64,000 nucleotides of DNA from Minisyncoccota bacterium (GCA_017991395.1 JAGOQQ010000006.1:66-64065), one strand, 5' to 3'. Positions 18,784 through 28,282 are shown, counted from the stretch's first letter. The notes: generated from the letters alone by a model not told the origin. Numbers and translations are program-made.

Positions 18784-19127
18784 TAGTCGTCTTTTTTAAG
18801 AATCTTTGATCCTAGCCAGTTTATAACAGATACCACAAGCGCTCCGAGAAACGCTGCTTTGAATCCACTTACATTGAATCCTGTAATCACACTCGCCACG
18901 AGCCAAAAGAATAGTCCGTTTAATATGAGCGAGAAAAGTCCAAGAGTGAGAACATTGAGAGGAAGTGTGAGAATGGTGAGAATTGGTTTGATGATTGTAT
19001 TTATAAAACCCAAAATCGCCGCCACGATAAGCGCGGTGACAAACGATGTAACACTAATCCCGTCTATCACATACGGAGTTGCGAGTACTGCACCTGTGAT
19101 AATGAGCCAATGTAAAATGATTTTCAT
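18783..19127 (-). CDS. Four-TM membrane protein of the YvlD/DUF360 (phage-holin-4 superfamily) type
   Basis: 114 aa with four predicted TM segments and GxxxG-rich helices. Confidence 0.5.
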   Translation of the reverse strand: MKIILHWLIITGAVLATPYVIDGISVTSFVTALIVAAILGFINTIIKPILTILTLPLNVLTLGLFSLILNGLFFWLVASVITGFNVSGFKAAFLGALVVSVINWLGSKILKKDD

Positions 19128-19154
19128 ACTCTTAAATATTAGTTACTAAAAATA

Positions 19155-19472
19155 CTAAATAGCTTTTCTAAATCGATTTGAATCTTCATCTTCGTTCTCT
19201 GGGTTCATCTCTATCACTTTGGCTTCTTGTGTTTTTGAATTAATTGAAGATTGAAATTGTTTGTACATTCTGATTTTTTGACCACTTTCAAGCAACACTT
19301 TACGCAATGCTTCTCGTTGTTCATCATTGAGAGTTGACTGTTCTGGATCGTCATTCTCACGCTCAAGAAGTCTCTTCTGAGCATACTCTAATTGTGCAGA
19401 GTTTATTTCAATCTTTGATTGAATATCGTTATCATTATCATTATTCCCTTCTGGTGAAAATTTTTCAAACAT
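19155..19472 (-). CDS. Hypothetical acidic protein (105 aa)
   Basis: Contiguous ORF with plausible operon spacing; no domain recognised. Confidence 0.4.
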   Translation of the reverse strand: MFEKFSPEGNNDNDNDIQSKIEINSAQLEYAQKRLLERENDDPEQSTLNDEQREALRKVLLESGQKIRMYKQFQSSINSKTQEAKVIEMNPENEDEDSNRFRKAI

Positions 19473-19475
19473 AGT

Positions 19476-19934
19476 TTATGAAAATAGTGAATCGACAACC
19501 TCTTTTACAAGAGTGCCGTCTGCTTTACCTTTTAATTCCTTCATGACATTTGACATAAGCATCCCTGCCTTTGACTTGTCGTCAATACCGAGTTCAGTCT
19601 TTTTGGCCTGTGCAATAGTCATTACTTCTTCACGAGACATCATTTGTGGAAGAAATTGCTGAAGAAACACAAGCTGTGACTCTTCTTCTGCTGCAAGATC
19701 GGGACGTCCACCCTTTGTGAATTGTTCAATAGAATCTTTTCGTTGTTTTGCAAGTCGTACAATCACTGCGAGAGCTTCATCATCTGTCAGTTCTTCTGTA
19801 GGCTTGCGGCCTTTTGCCACTAGTTCATTGGTGAATGCAGATTTGACACCACGAAGTGTATCGAGCCGTACTTGCTCTTTTGCCATCATTGCCTCTTTGA
19901 TTTGAGTTGAAATTTTTGTCTGTAGAGTTTCCAT
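19476..19934 (-). CDS. GatB/YqeY domain protein
   Basis: YqeY-like helical domain pattern; 152 aa. Confidence 0.75.
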   Translation of the reverse strand: METLQTKISTQIKEAMMAKEQVRLDTLRGVKSAFTNELVAKGRKPTEELTDDEALAVIVRLAKQRKDSIEQFTKGGRPDLAAEEESQLVFLQQFLPQMMSREEVMTIAQAKKTELGIDDKSKAGMLMSNVMKELKGKADGTLVKEVVDSLFS

Positions 19935-20008
19935 GACAAAATTATACCATTTATACTTTAAAAATTGAACAGTATACTATTTGCCGAAATACTATTATAC
20001 TAACTTGT

Positions 20009-20731
20009 ATGAGCAAACGATTTATTTTTATTGATACCGAAACTACCGGAAATGGTCCCGACGACGTGTTGTGTCAAATCGCATACAAATACGACGATGC
20101 TGTCTTTGAAGCACTCTACAATCCAATGCGAAAGATTCCACCTGAGGCAAGTGCAGTAACACACATCACAAACAAAATGGTCGCCGATAAACCTGTGTTT
20201 AAAGAGAGCGAAGAGTATATTTCTGTAAAAAAACTTCTGGAAGATGAAGATTCTATTTTTATTGCACACAATGCACGTTTTGATGTAGGAATGTTTGACA
20301 AAGAAGGTGTTCGTCCAAAGAATGTCATCTGTACTCTTCGACTCGCACGACATCTCGACAAAGAAGCAAAAATCCCTCGATACAACCTTCAGTTTCTACG
20401 TTACTATCTTGAAATTGAAATCGAAGCACAGGCACATGACGCACTTGGAGATGTACTCGTGCTTGAACAGCTCTTTCCTCGACTCAAAGATTCACTCAAA
20501 AAAGAACTCGCAACTGATGATGAGGAAATGATAATAAAAGAGATGCTTGCAATATCGGCTCGTCCTTCCATATTAAATGCCTTTAATTTTGGAAAACACA
20601 ATGGTAAAAAAGTATCCGAAGTCGCAAAAATTGATTCAGGATATCTCGACTGGCTTCTCAAACAAAAACTCCAAAACGAAGGAGATGATGAGGATTGGAT
20701 TTATACGTTGAAACATTATCTTGGAAAGTAA
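20009..20731 (+). CDS. DEDDh 3'-5' exonuclease (DnaQ/epsilon-like) with C-terminal extra domain
   Basis: Exo I FIDTETTG, Exo II AHNARFDVGM and Exo III HDALGDVLV motifs, followed by a ~70-aa C-terminal domain (FGKHNGKKVSEV...GYLDWL). Confidence 0.75.
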   Translation: MSKRFIFIDTETTGNGPDDVLCQIAYKYDDAVFEALYNPMRKIPPEASAVTHITNKMVADKPVFKESEEYISVKKLLEDEDSIFIAHNARFDVGMFDKEGVRPKNVICTLRLARHLDKEAKIPRYNLQFLRYYLEIEIEAQAHDALGDVLVLEQLFPRLKDSLKKELATDDEEMIIKEMLAISARPSILNAFNFGKHNGKKVSEVAKIDSGYLDWLLKQKLQNEGDDEDWIYTLKHYLGK

Positions 20732-20849
20732 GTAATAAGTAGATAGTAGTAAATAGGAAAATCAAGATTTCACAAATCAGAAGAGCGGCGCACGTGTGCG
20801 CCGCTCTTCTGATTTTTAAAAATTCTGCATTTCTTGCTACAATATCTCT

Positions 20850-21908
20850 ATGCAAACAGCACTCATAATACTCTCAATAGTAGTTCTCGGGCTGGGAATT
20901 GGACTTGTTATTGTTATTTCTCGCAAAAACAAGCCTGTGGCACAAGACGACCGCGGGATGCAACTTCTCTTGCAACAATTTGATACTCTCACCCGCACTG
21001 TTGATCAAAAGCTCGGTGAATCTCACAAACAAGTCAATGATTCAATTCGTTATCAATCGGGCGAATCACAAAAAATCATTCGTGATATCACTGAAAAGCT
21101 CGTACGCCTCGACGAAACCAACAAACAAGTTGTGTCCTTTGCAGATCAGCTCAAAAACCTCCAAGATATATTAAAAAATCCAAAACAGCGCGGAATCCTC
21201 GGTGAGTACTATCTGGAAACACTTTTGAAAAATGTTCTGCCTCCGGGACAATTTCAGATGCAGTATGCGTTTTCAAACAATGAGATTGTCGATGCAGTAG
21301 TATTTGTAAAAGATAAAATTATTCCAATTGACTCAAAGTTTTCTCTCGAAAATTACAATCGACTTTCTGAAACTGCCGACCCTACAGAAAAAGAACGTTT
21401 AGAAAAACTTTTCGTGAATGATTTGAAAAATAGAATTGTCGAAACGTCAAAGTATATTCGTCCATCTGAAAATACTATGGATTTTGCATTTATGTTTATT
21501 CCTCATGAAGCAATTTATTACGATCTGCTTATTGGAAAAGTCGGTGCAATCACTGAAGACACTGACAATCTCATTCAGCGTGCTGCGGGCAAGTACAAAG
21601 TGATTATTGTCTCACCCACATCATTCCTCGCATATTTACAAACTGTCCTCCAAGGATTGAAGGCAATGCAAATCGAGGAGTCTGCAAAAGAAATTGTGAA
21701 GCGTGTCGAAGAACTCGGAAAGCATGTCAAAGCATACGAAGAGTACAATACAAAACTCGGCAACGCACTTGGCACTACAGTAAATCAATACAACCTCGCA
21801 AACAAAGAACTTAAAAAAATAGACAAGGATGTGATGCGGATTACTGGAAGCACTCCAGGAATCGAAACGCTCATCTTAGAAAAGCCATCACAGGACGAAA
21901 ACGAATAA
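20850..21908 (+). CDS. rmuC: DNA recombination protein RmuC
   Basis: N-terminal TM helix, long coiled coil, and a C-terminal RmuC nuclease-like region (FAFMFIPHEAIYYDLL). Confidence 0.7.
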   Translation: MQTALIILSIVVLGLGIGLVIVISRKNKPVAQDDRGMQLLLQQFDTLTRTVDQKLGESHKQVNDSIRYQSGESQKIIRDITEKLVRLDETNKQVVSFADQLKNLQDILKNPKQRGILGEYYLETLLKNVLPPGQFQMQYAFSNNEIVDAVVFVKDKIIPIDSKFSLENYNRLSETADPTEKERLEKLFVNDLKNRIVETSKYIRPSENTMDFAFMFIPHEAIYYDLLIGKVGAITEDTDNLIQRAAGKYKVIIVSPTSFLAYLQTVLQGLKAMQIEESAKEIVKRVEELGKHVKAYEEYNTKLGNALGTTVNQYNLANKELKKIDKDVMRITGSTPGIETLILEKPSQDENE

Positions 21909-21942
21909 AAAAGCCGGACAAGATTAATTCTTGCCCGGCGTG
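21908..21942. terminator. Bidirectional terminator between rmuC (+) and the sigma-70 gene (-)
   Basis: gccggacaag/cttgcccggc stem (1 mismatch) flanked by A-run and T-run. Confidence 0.55.
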
Positions 21943-21948
21943 TGCGTT

Positions 21949-22821
21949 TTATGATACTGTCAATTTCAAAAGTTTTCTTCCATTGTCTCCTCTTCCGAGT
22001 CTTTTCAAGGATTTCTCCTTAATTTGCCTTACTCTTTCTCTTGTTAGTTCGAAGCGTTCTCCAATCTCTTCCAAATCTAATGGTTCATTGCCGTCCAATC
22101 CAAAGTATAAATTAAGCACCTCAGATTGTCGTGGAGTCAATACTTTCATTGCTTTTTGAATATTAATCTTCTTCGCTTCCTTCATCACAATGTGATCGGT
22201 CGCAGATTCCGGGTGCTGACACGCAAAAGTGTCGACAAAGGAACTACTTTCATCATTTGGCATTGGTGCATCCAATGACACATGGCGTGAACTCATATCT
22301 CGTAGAAACGGAATTTCGTTACTATTGAAATCAACATATTCATTTGCTATTTCTTCCGCCGTCGGCTCTCTCTCAAATTTTTGCTCGAGAACAGAGCTTG
22401 CTTTTTGCATCTTAAGTGCTGTGCTGATCTGATTAAGGGGCAGTCTCACCATTCTTGATTGCTCAGCGAGCGCTTGAAGAATGCTTTGTCTAATCCACCA
22501 CACACCATACGAAATAAATTTGAATCCCCGGGTTTCATCAAATTTTCTTGCAGCTTTGATGAGTCCAAGATTTCCTTCATTGATTAAATCAGAAAGCGGA
22601 AGTCCTTGATTTTGGTATTGTTTTGCAACAGACACCACAAACCTAAGATTTGCTTTTACTAATTTTTCCAAGGCTTGTTCATCGCCTTCTCGTATACGCT
22701 TAGCGAGCTCAATTTCTTCTTTGGGAGTGATCAATTCCACCCTACCTATTTCCTGAAGATACTTGTCGAGAGAACTTACATCTCTGTTTGTTACTTGTTT
22801 TGTGATCTTTAGTTGACGCAT
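21949..22821 (-). CDS. RNA polymerase sigma-70 factor (short RpoD/SigA-like, regions 1.2-4), paralog A
   Basis: MRQLKITK...YLQEIG...[13 protein letters not shown] (region 2), region 3 and a region 4 HTH (LTPRQSEVL...[17 protein letters not shown]). It is ~65% identical to the second copy at 34221-35090. Confidence 0.85.
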   Translation of the reverse strand: MRQLKITKQVTNRDVSSLDKYLQEIGRVELITPKEEIELAKRIREGDEQALEKLVKANLRFVVSVAKQYQNQGLPLSDLINEGNLGLIKAARKFDETRGFKFISYGVWWIRQSILQALAEQSRMVRLPLNQISTALKMQKASSVLEQKFEREPTAEEIANEYVDFNSNEIPFLRDMSSRHVSLDAPMPNDESSSFVDTFACQHPESATDHIVMKEAKKINIQKAMKVLTPRQSEVLNLYFGLDGNEPLDLEEIGERFELTRERVRQIKEKSLKRLGRGDNGRKLLKLTVS

Positions 22822-22880
22822 ATTTATCTTTGTTTAGAACGTTTCCTATATAATAACACATTTTGAATATGAGTCAACTA

Positions 22881-22911
22881 AAAAAGCCGGCTATTTCAAA
22901 TAGCCGGCTTT
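22881..22911 (-). terminator. Rho-independent terminator downstream of the 22925-23551 gene
   Basis: aaaaagccggctatt tcaa atagccggctttt hairpin. Confidence 0.6.
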
Positions 22912-22924
22912 TGGGGGCAGTTTA

Positions 22925-23551
22925 CTAGGTACTTTGTGATACCAAGGTCTTGTCATCCAATTTTGGAGTCGAAACAAGGCCATCAACAGTCGCAAGTAAG
23001 AATGCTTCTTTAATTGAGTCATTAATAGAATTGTGGACTGTAAGGCTCGGACAATTCAAATCTAAATTATTTCGGTAATATCTTTCTTCAGGTGCTCCAT
23101 CTTGGATACAGATTACTACATTCGAATTTTTTAATTTGTAGTTTGTTGAAATCTGTCCAAGTTCAAATGAAGTATGCTTTGCATATCCACGAAGATTATC
23201 GAGTACTTTTCCATGTGATTTTGGAATAATCAGGAGAGTAACTCTTCCTGGGTCTGGTACGCTGTGATATTCGATTTGCCTATTTACCCATTGATCATAT
23301 TCTTTTTCATCCTGTCCTTGCTTGTAGTGCGGATTGAATGTAATTACAAGCTGATCAAGAGATACATGATGTGGAATTCCTTTCATTCTTTCTGCAATTC
23401 CCCTGAGCATATATTCAACATAAGTGTGCAATTCCACGCCTGTGTTCAAAACTGGCCCAAGCAGAAGGATCGATCTGCGTAAAATATCTTCCCTGTTTAA
23501 TTTTTCAGGAAAGTGCACAACTCTGAAGGGTGACTTTTTTTCGTTTTCCAT
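22925..23551 (-). CDS. Hypothetical protein (208 aa), no TM, likely enzymatic
   Basis: Compact, well-spaced ORF with its own terminator; no domain confidently recognised. Confidence 0.45.
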   Translation of the reverse strand: MENEKKSPFRVVHFPEKLNREDILRRSILLLGPVLNTGVELHTYVEYMLRGIAERMKGIPHHVSLDQLVITFNPHYKQGQDEKEYDQWVNRQIEYHSVPDPGRVTLLIIPKSHGKVLDNLRGYAKHTSFELGQISTNYKLKNSNVVICIQDGAPEERYYRNNLDLNCPSLTVHNSINDSIKEAFLLATVDGLVSTPKLDDKTLVSQST

Positions 23552-23597
23552 TGTATTTAGGTGTTTGAGGTTCGTTTGATTTAACCCTACCCTAAAT

Positions 23598-23624
23598 ATA
23601 AATAGAGGTCAAATGACCTCTATT
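23598..23624 (-). terminator. Rho-independent terminator overlapping the stop of the ATP-cone/Mrr gene
   Basis: aaatagaggtc aaat gacctctattt hairpin. Confidence 0.55.
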
Positions 23625-24453
23625 TCATAAGCATTGCTACATCTCGAGCAATCTTCTGTGCACGGTATTCATCTATCATCAAAAGTTTTGAAAGTGCGTG
23701 CGGAGTATATGGGAGCAAGTCTTGTGCGAGAATTATATTTTTTTTCGCCAGCTCCTCAAGCATTGCACCAGAAATTGAAGGCAGTACAGTCACCGGATAG
23801 AGCTTCTTGTATTCAATCATGTTTTCAAGACTATTCCCTGCAGGATAATCCCAACCTGTCAAAATTACGTCTTTGCAATTTGCATATTTGATTGAAGTGT
23901 CGGTAAACTTTGTGTTCGTAATGAGCCACATTTTGTGTTCGTGTGTATCCTTTTCTTTCTTTGCAAGACCATCTGAAATATCAAGCAGACGCGCATATGC
24001 ATACATCACAGTATTGATGTGTGTGCGTATTCCTACTTGATTATGATACTTCATTTCTAGAAAATAATGCACTCCGTCTTTCATTGCCATCACATCGACT
24101 TCGTGCGTCACACACTGACCTTTCATCATGACGTTTCTCTTTGTGGTGAATCCGTATGCTTGCAAAATTGTCTCAACGTATTGTTCAAATACAAACCCTG
24201 CTGGCCCAAGAGCAGCGACACCACGACGAATACTATAACGTGCTGCAAGCTCACGATTTTCTTTTACCAAATATCTCAACGCTTCTCGATAAATTTTACT
24301 TGTAGACGCACCGGGGTTGATATGATCTTCCACTCGCTTACAAATAGTGTCTGCGAGTTTTTTTGGTGCACCTGCATGTTCGAGCGACGCACACAATTTT
24401 TTCTTACTAAATGATTGTTCCTCTCCTGTAGATTTAATAATGGGTATAGACAT
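23620..24453 (-). CDS. ATP-cone domain protein fused to an Mrr-like restriction-endonuclease catalytic domain
   Basis: N-terminal ATP-cone pattern (IIKSTGEEQSFSKKKL...ICKRVEDHI...SKIYREALRYL), then GFVFEQYVETILQAYGF...VDVMAMKDG..YFLEMKYH resembling Mrr_cat. Confidence 0.6.
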   Translation of the reverse strand: MSIPIIKSTGEEQSFSKKKLCASLEHAGAPKKLADTICKRVEDHINPGASTSKIYREALRYLVKENRELAARYSIRRGVAALGPAGFVFEQYVETILQAYGFTTKRNVMMKGQCVTHEVDVMAMKDGVHYFLEMKYHNQVGIRTHINTVMYAYARLLDISDGLAKKEKDTHEHKMWLITNTKFTDTSIKYANCKDVILTGWDYPAGNSLENMIEYKKLYPVTVLPSISGAMLEELAKKNIILAQDLLPYTPHALSKLLMIDEYRAQKIARDVAMLMK

Positions 24454-24589
24454 AGTAGGATTGTAGCATTAAATATAGGGGATGATAAAGTTGCCTTCGG
24501 GTGAAGAGGAATTTCCAATTAATTAGAATTGGAGAATAAACAGTGCTTGAATTTATTGTATAATTAAAGTATTCTACTAGTAGCAAAAA

Positions 24590-24661
24590 GGCCCTATCGT
24601 CTAACGGTTAGGACATCGCCTTCTCAAGGCGGTAATCAGGGTTCGATTCCCTGTAGGGTCA
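24590..24661 (+). tRNA. tRNA-Glu (anticodon CTC)
   Basis: Cloverleaf: acceptor GGCCCTA/TAGGGTC, D arm GTCT..GGAC, anticodon arm TCGCC-TTCTCAA-GGCGG, T arm CAGGG-TTCGATT-CCCTG, discriminator A. CCA is not encoded. Confidence 0.85.
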
Positions 24662-24748
24662 CAACGCTTTTAACCTTATTTATTAAGGTATATTTTTGTA
24701 CCCTTTTAAGAGTTCAGAACTTTTGATAATTTCTGGTATAATCTGAAA

Positions 24749-25273
24749 ATGAATAAAACTTTTATTTGTCTTATCACTGGACCATCTGGTTCTGGTAAAT
24801 CGTCAACATCAAAAGCGTTAGCTAATAAATTTGAACGAAGTGCTGTAATAGAAGTAGATACTCTTCGCCATATGATAAAAGGCGGTTATGTGAGACCTTG
24901 GCCTTATAACGAAGAAGTGGAATTGCAACTTTCACTTAGCGTAAAAAATGCCTGTGATATGGCTAATAATTTTCTAGAAAAAGGTTTTAATGTTTTTATT
25001 GATGATGTTGTAGGTAAAAAAATATTAGAACAATATTCAAATTTCTTTAATGATAAAAATTTCAAAGTATTTATATTAATACCTTCCGTAGATGCTCTCT
25101 TAAAGCGCTTTGATGATAGAGGTGAGGATAAAGAACTTCGTGAGAGAACCATAGAACTTCATAAAATGTTTTTAGAGAAACAAGACCAGCTAAACGGACA
25201 AATAATAAATTCTAGCGACCAGACACTAGAGGAAACTGTAGATGAGGTTTATAAATCAATAGTTTCATTATAA
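24749..25273 (+). CDS. P-loop NTPase / predicted small-molecule kinase (AAA_33 / zeta-toxin / chloramphenicol-phosphotransferase-like fold)
   Basis: Walker A ITGPSGSGKSST at the N-terminus and a Walker B-like hhhhDD motif; 174 aa. Codon usage is more A/T-biased than its neighbours, and it lies directly 3' of tRNA-Glu. Confidence 0.55.
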   Translation: MNKTFICLITGPSGSGKSSTSKALANKFERSAVIEVDTLRHMIKGGYVRPWPYNEEVELQLSLSVKNACDMANNFLEKGFNVFIDDVVGKKILEQYSNFFNDKNFKVFILIPSVDALLKRFDDRGEDKELRERTIELHKMFLEKQDQLNGQIINSSDQTLEETVDEVYKSIVSL

Positions 25274-25366
25274 GAAATCTCAACAATAGCTTTTCAAACT
25301 TCATCCCACATTCTAAACACATTGTGAACTTCGTGAACCTTATCCGAGTATCAAACCCAATTCTTT

Positions 25367-25434
25367 AATCCCTAATTCTATCCATTCTCTATCTCTACTT
25401 AGTTCTGAAAGCCACGCTATGGGTTCACAAAATA
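25367..25434 (+). repeat. Direct repeat DR1 (~65 nt); pairs with DR2 at 26067-26130
   Basis: DR1 ..ATCCCTAATTCTATCCATTCTCTATCTCTACTTAGTTCTGAAAGCCACGCTATGGGTTCACAAAA vs DR2 ATCCCTAATCCATTCCCTATCCTTAGTTAATTCTGAAAGCCACGGGAGTGGGTCGCAAACAAAA, about 80% identity. Confidence 0.6.
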
Positions 25435-25473
25435 AAAAGCCTGTCGCAAGACAGGCTTTTTATTTTGTGAACC
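25422..25473. terminator. Perfect 24/24-bp palindrome (GGTTCACAAAATAAAAAGCCTGTC gcaa GACAGGCTTTTTATTTTGTGAACC); likely bidirectional terminator
   Basis: Perfect inverted arms with an AAAAA/TTTTT-flanked GC core. Confidence 0.5.
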
Positions 25474-25686
25474 TAAGCAAGCAAACTGCTTTGCTTGCGT
25501 CAGGGAATCGAAAAGCTTTTCCATGTTTTGAGGATTTACTAATCCGACAAAACAGGAAAAGGTGTACTGAAACTGTAAGTTTCGATAAGGCTTGCCGGTC
25601 CCTGTAATGAAGTACACCCAATTTGACAAATATGGTTTACATAGTAATATAAATAAAAACTGAACTAACAAAAAAACTAAATAAAC

Positions 25687-25986
25687 ATGAAAAAAAAGAA
25701 GATCAAACAATACGAAAAATCAATAATGTATCGAACTGTTATTGGTTCAATTTGCGATGGAAAAATTGCCGAAGCATTCTCTTTTCTAGCCATCCCCACA
25801 ACAAAAAAAGAGAGTACTACTGTTTCGCTTATTGAAATACTAAAACAAGCTTTTGAGCAGGGGGCGGTATCAGATGAGTTTACAGAAACATTACAAGGAG
25901 TAGTTCGTATGTATTTCCAAGAACTGTGCGATGAAGGATTAATCAATCAATTTAAATTTGGGAATATTACTGAGATTAAACCATAA
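25687..25986 (+). CDS. Hypothetical protein (99 aa) inside the DR1-DR2 segment
   Basis: ORF followed by its own hairpin terminator (aaagcaatca tttt gattgcttt at ~25999-26025). No homology recognised. Confidence 0.3.
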   Translation: MKKKKIKQYEKSIMYRTVIGSICDGKIAEAFSFLAIPTTKKESTTVSLIEILKQAFEQGAVSDEFTETLQGVVRMYFQELCDEGLINQFKFGNITEIKP

Positions 25987-26066
25987 ACTTCTAAAATTAA
26001 GAGAAAGCAATCATTTTGATTGCTTTTTTATTTAACCTTAACAACCAATCCTAACTCTTCAATTCC

Positions 26067-26130
26067 ATCCCTAATCCATTCCCTATCCTTAGTTAATTCT
26101 GAAAGCCACGGGAGTGGGTCGCAAACAAAA
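26067..26130 (+). repeat. Direct repeat DR2 (partner of DR1)
   Basis: See DR1; followed by an AACAAAACAAC/GTTGTTTTTGTT hairpin. Confidence 0.6.
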
Positions 26131-26191
26131 CAACTCCGTTTGGCGTTGTTTTTGTTTGTGATGCCGGAGCGCGCCGGGATCGCGAAATTTT

Positions 26192-26233
26192 TCCGCGTCA
26201 TCATCCGCGTAAGTTCCGCGTTTATCCGCGTCC
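26192..26233. repeat. 11-bp-periodic TCCGCGT box array in the 3' UTR of ftsI
   Basis: tccgcgtcatca tccgcgtaagt tccgcgtttat ccgcgtcctg immediately after the stop of the minus-strand PBP gene. Confidence 0.65.
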
Positions 26234-26235
26234 TG

Positions 26236-27948
26236 TTAGCGATCAGGCGCAACATCATAATAACTCAGCAAGTACTTAGAGAGGTCAAAAAATGGTTCGG
26301 CGAGTGTGGCAGTGGCGTATTGAACACCACGAGGATTTTTTACATACATCAAGACGAGAAATTGTGGGTTGTATGCAGGATAGTATCCAAACAGTGAGTG
26401 GAGGTATTGGTCGGCATGATACCCACGTCCATTTTCAAGTGCAATCTGTGCCGTACCAGTTTTGGCAGCGACACTATAATGCTCGTTTTTGTATTGCCCT
26501 GCACCCAGACCTTTGTCTACCACAGTTACGAGCATTTTTGTGATATCCTCGGAAGCTTTGGCTGATATTACTTGCGTACCACCTCCAAATTCCAGTGGAG
26601 TGATTTCGCCATCTTTTGTTTTTACTGCTTTTGCCACATGTGGGGTGACCGTCATACCACCATTTGCAAGTGCTGAAAACGCACGTATTACTTCCACGGG
26701 CGTCATTGCTATTCCCTGTCCGAATGCCGCGTTTGCATACTCAATTTCTCGATTACTTTTTAGGTTTGAAGTAATTCCCGAAACTTCACCCGGCAAGTCT
26801 ATTCCTGTTTTTTCTCCAATCCCATATGCAAGCATATAATTTTTGAAGTTTTCCTTTCCCATTTGTTGCATTACAAATACCATTCCGGTATTGAGTGATT
26901 GAGTAAGTACGTCTTGCATCGTTGCTTTACCACGAGCTTTTTTGTCGAAGTTGTGGATTTTTTCGGTGTTTATCGTGAGTTCACCTTTGTCGATATATGT
27001 CGTATCTGGACGAACCGCATTTGTATCAAGACCAGCCGCCATCACAAGTGGCTTCACAATAGACCCAAACTCGTACACACTTTCTACAAGTGGATTGTTG
27101 TAGGTAGAAACAGAATCAACATCGGAAAAATTGTTCAGATCAAATGTGGGCAAATATGTCATTGCATATATTTCACCATTTCTTGGATTCATGATTATAG
27201 CCCCTGCTCCTTCTGCACTATACTTGTCTAATGTTTTTGATAAAAGCTTTTCAACGTATTGAGTCACCGATGGTTCAAGTGAAGTGATGACATCTCCATT
27301 TGTACTATTTTCATTGAACACTGAATCATGCAACGTTGAAAATACTTCTGTGAAGAAGTTGCTGTACAGAGGATTTTTGTTCAATGTCAAAGTATCATTA
27401 TAAAAACGTTCAAGTCCATATCTTCCCACAATTTCATTGCCTTTAAACGCCACAAAACCAATTGTGCGTGCTGACATCTGTCCGCCTGGATAAAACCTCC
27501 AATGATCCTTTTTGAATGCTAAACCACTGTTTTTGAGTGCATTGATAGCTTCATATTCGGATTGTGTGACATGCATCACTGCATCTACGTGTGTACCGCC
27601 TTTTTGTACTCTGTTGTTATAAAAATCTACATCCATGTCAGGAATAATTTCTTTGAGCTTTTGAAGTAACTCTGCTGTGTCACCAGCCTTATCCTTGTTT
27701 ATAGTGAGCATGTACCCAGATACACTTGTACCGGCACTCACAAGAGTCCCGTCCTTTTTTTGAGAAAATATTGTTCCACGTTCAAATTTTTGAAATTCGG
27801 AACTTGTCAGCTTACTACTCACCTGCTGGCTAAATTCATCTCCACGGAGCACTTGCAGATAAAAAAGTCTTGCAATAAGCACTCCTGTAACAATGCACAA
27901 GATTAGTGAAATTCCTGTAATTCGTGTAAAAGATTTGTTAGAGCTCAT
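26236..27948 (-). CDS. ftsI: Peptidoglycan D,D-transpeptidase, class B PBP (FtsI-type, in dcw cluster)
   Basis: N-terminal TM, PBP dimerisation region and transpeptidase domain (SxxK, SxN, KTG motifs); downstream of mraZ-rsmH-ftsL. Confidence 0.85.
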   Translation of the reverse strand: MSSNKSFTRITGISLILCIVTGVLIARLFYLQVLRGDEFSQQVSSKLTSSEFQKFERGTIFSQKKDGTLVSAGTSVSGYMLTINKDKAGDTAELLQKLKEIIPDMDVDFYNNRVQKGGTHVDAVMHVTQSEYEAINALKNSGLAFKKDHWRFYPGGQMSARTIGFVAFKGNEIVGRYGLERFYNDTLTLNKNPLYSNFFTEVFSTLHDSVFNENSTNGDVITSLEPSVTQYVEKLLSKTLDKYSAEGAGAIIMNPRNGEIYAMTYLPTFDLNNFSDVDSVSTYNNPLVESVYEFGSIVKPLVMAAGLDTNAVRPDTTYIDKGELTINTEKIHNFDKKARGKATMQDVLTQSLNTGMVFVMQQMGKENFKNYMLAYGIGEKTGIDLPGEVSGITSNLKSNREIEYANAAFGQGIAMTPVEVIRAFSALANGGMTVTPHVAKAVKTKDGEITPLEFGGGTQVISAKASEDITKMLVTVVDKGLGAGQYKNEHYSVAAKTGTAQIALENGRGYHADQYLHSLFGYYPAYNPQFLVLMYVKNPRGVQYATATLAEPFFDLSKYLLSYYDVAPDR

Positions 27949-28282
27949 TGTTCAATAGCATTGCCTGTGTGACACTTGCATCTTTGTTCACATAGAAGAC
28001 TTCTGATGCATTGTCAAAACCAGACGCACGTGCAACATCCATTGTAACATTACCAGAGAGTGCGAGATATTCTACTTCGATTTCTCCGATTCTTGAAAGT
28101 AAATGATTCTTTTCTTGAGTATATGTTTTTCGAGCAACAACATTGAAAGTAATGTTGCCAATAATATACACATACAGTGCACACAACATAACAAATGCAA
28201 TAACAACAACTTTAAACACTTTTTTGTTGAGTGTTGAGTCTTGCATTGTATTTTTTGATTGTGAAAAGTATGTTGCGTACAT
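27938..28282 (-). CDS. ftsL: Cell division protein FtsL-like (small bitopic membrane protein)
   Basis: Single TM and a short coiled-coil periplasmic part; positioned between rsmH and ftsI. Confidence 0.55.
   Translation of the reverse strand: MYATYFSQSKNTMQDSTLNKKVFKVVVIAFVMLCALYVYIIGNITFNVVARKTYTQEKNHLLSRIGEIEVEYLALSGNVTMDVARASGFDNASEVFYVNKDASVTQAMLLNNEL

Noticed and set aside
25417-25710. ORFs 25417-25710 (-) and 25419-25607 (+) spanning the 52-nt palindrome
   Set aside because: These are mutually overlapping frames across a perfect palindrome and DR1. The region looks non-coding and regulatory or repetitive.
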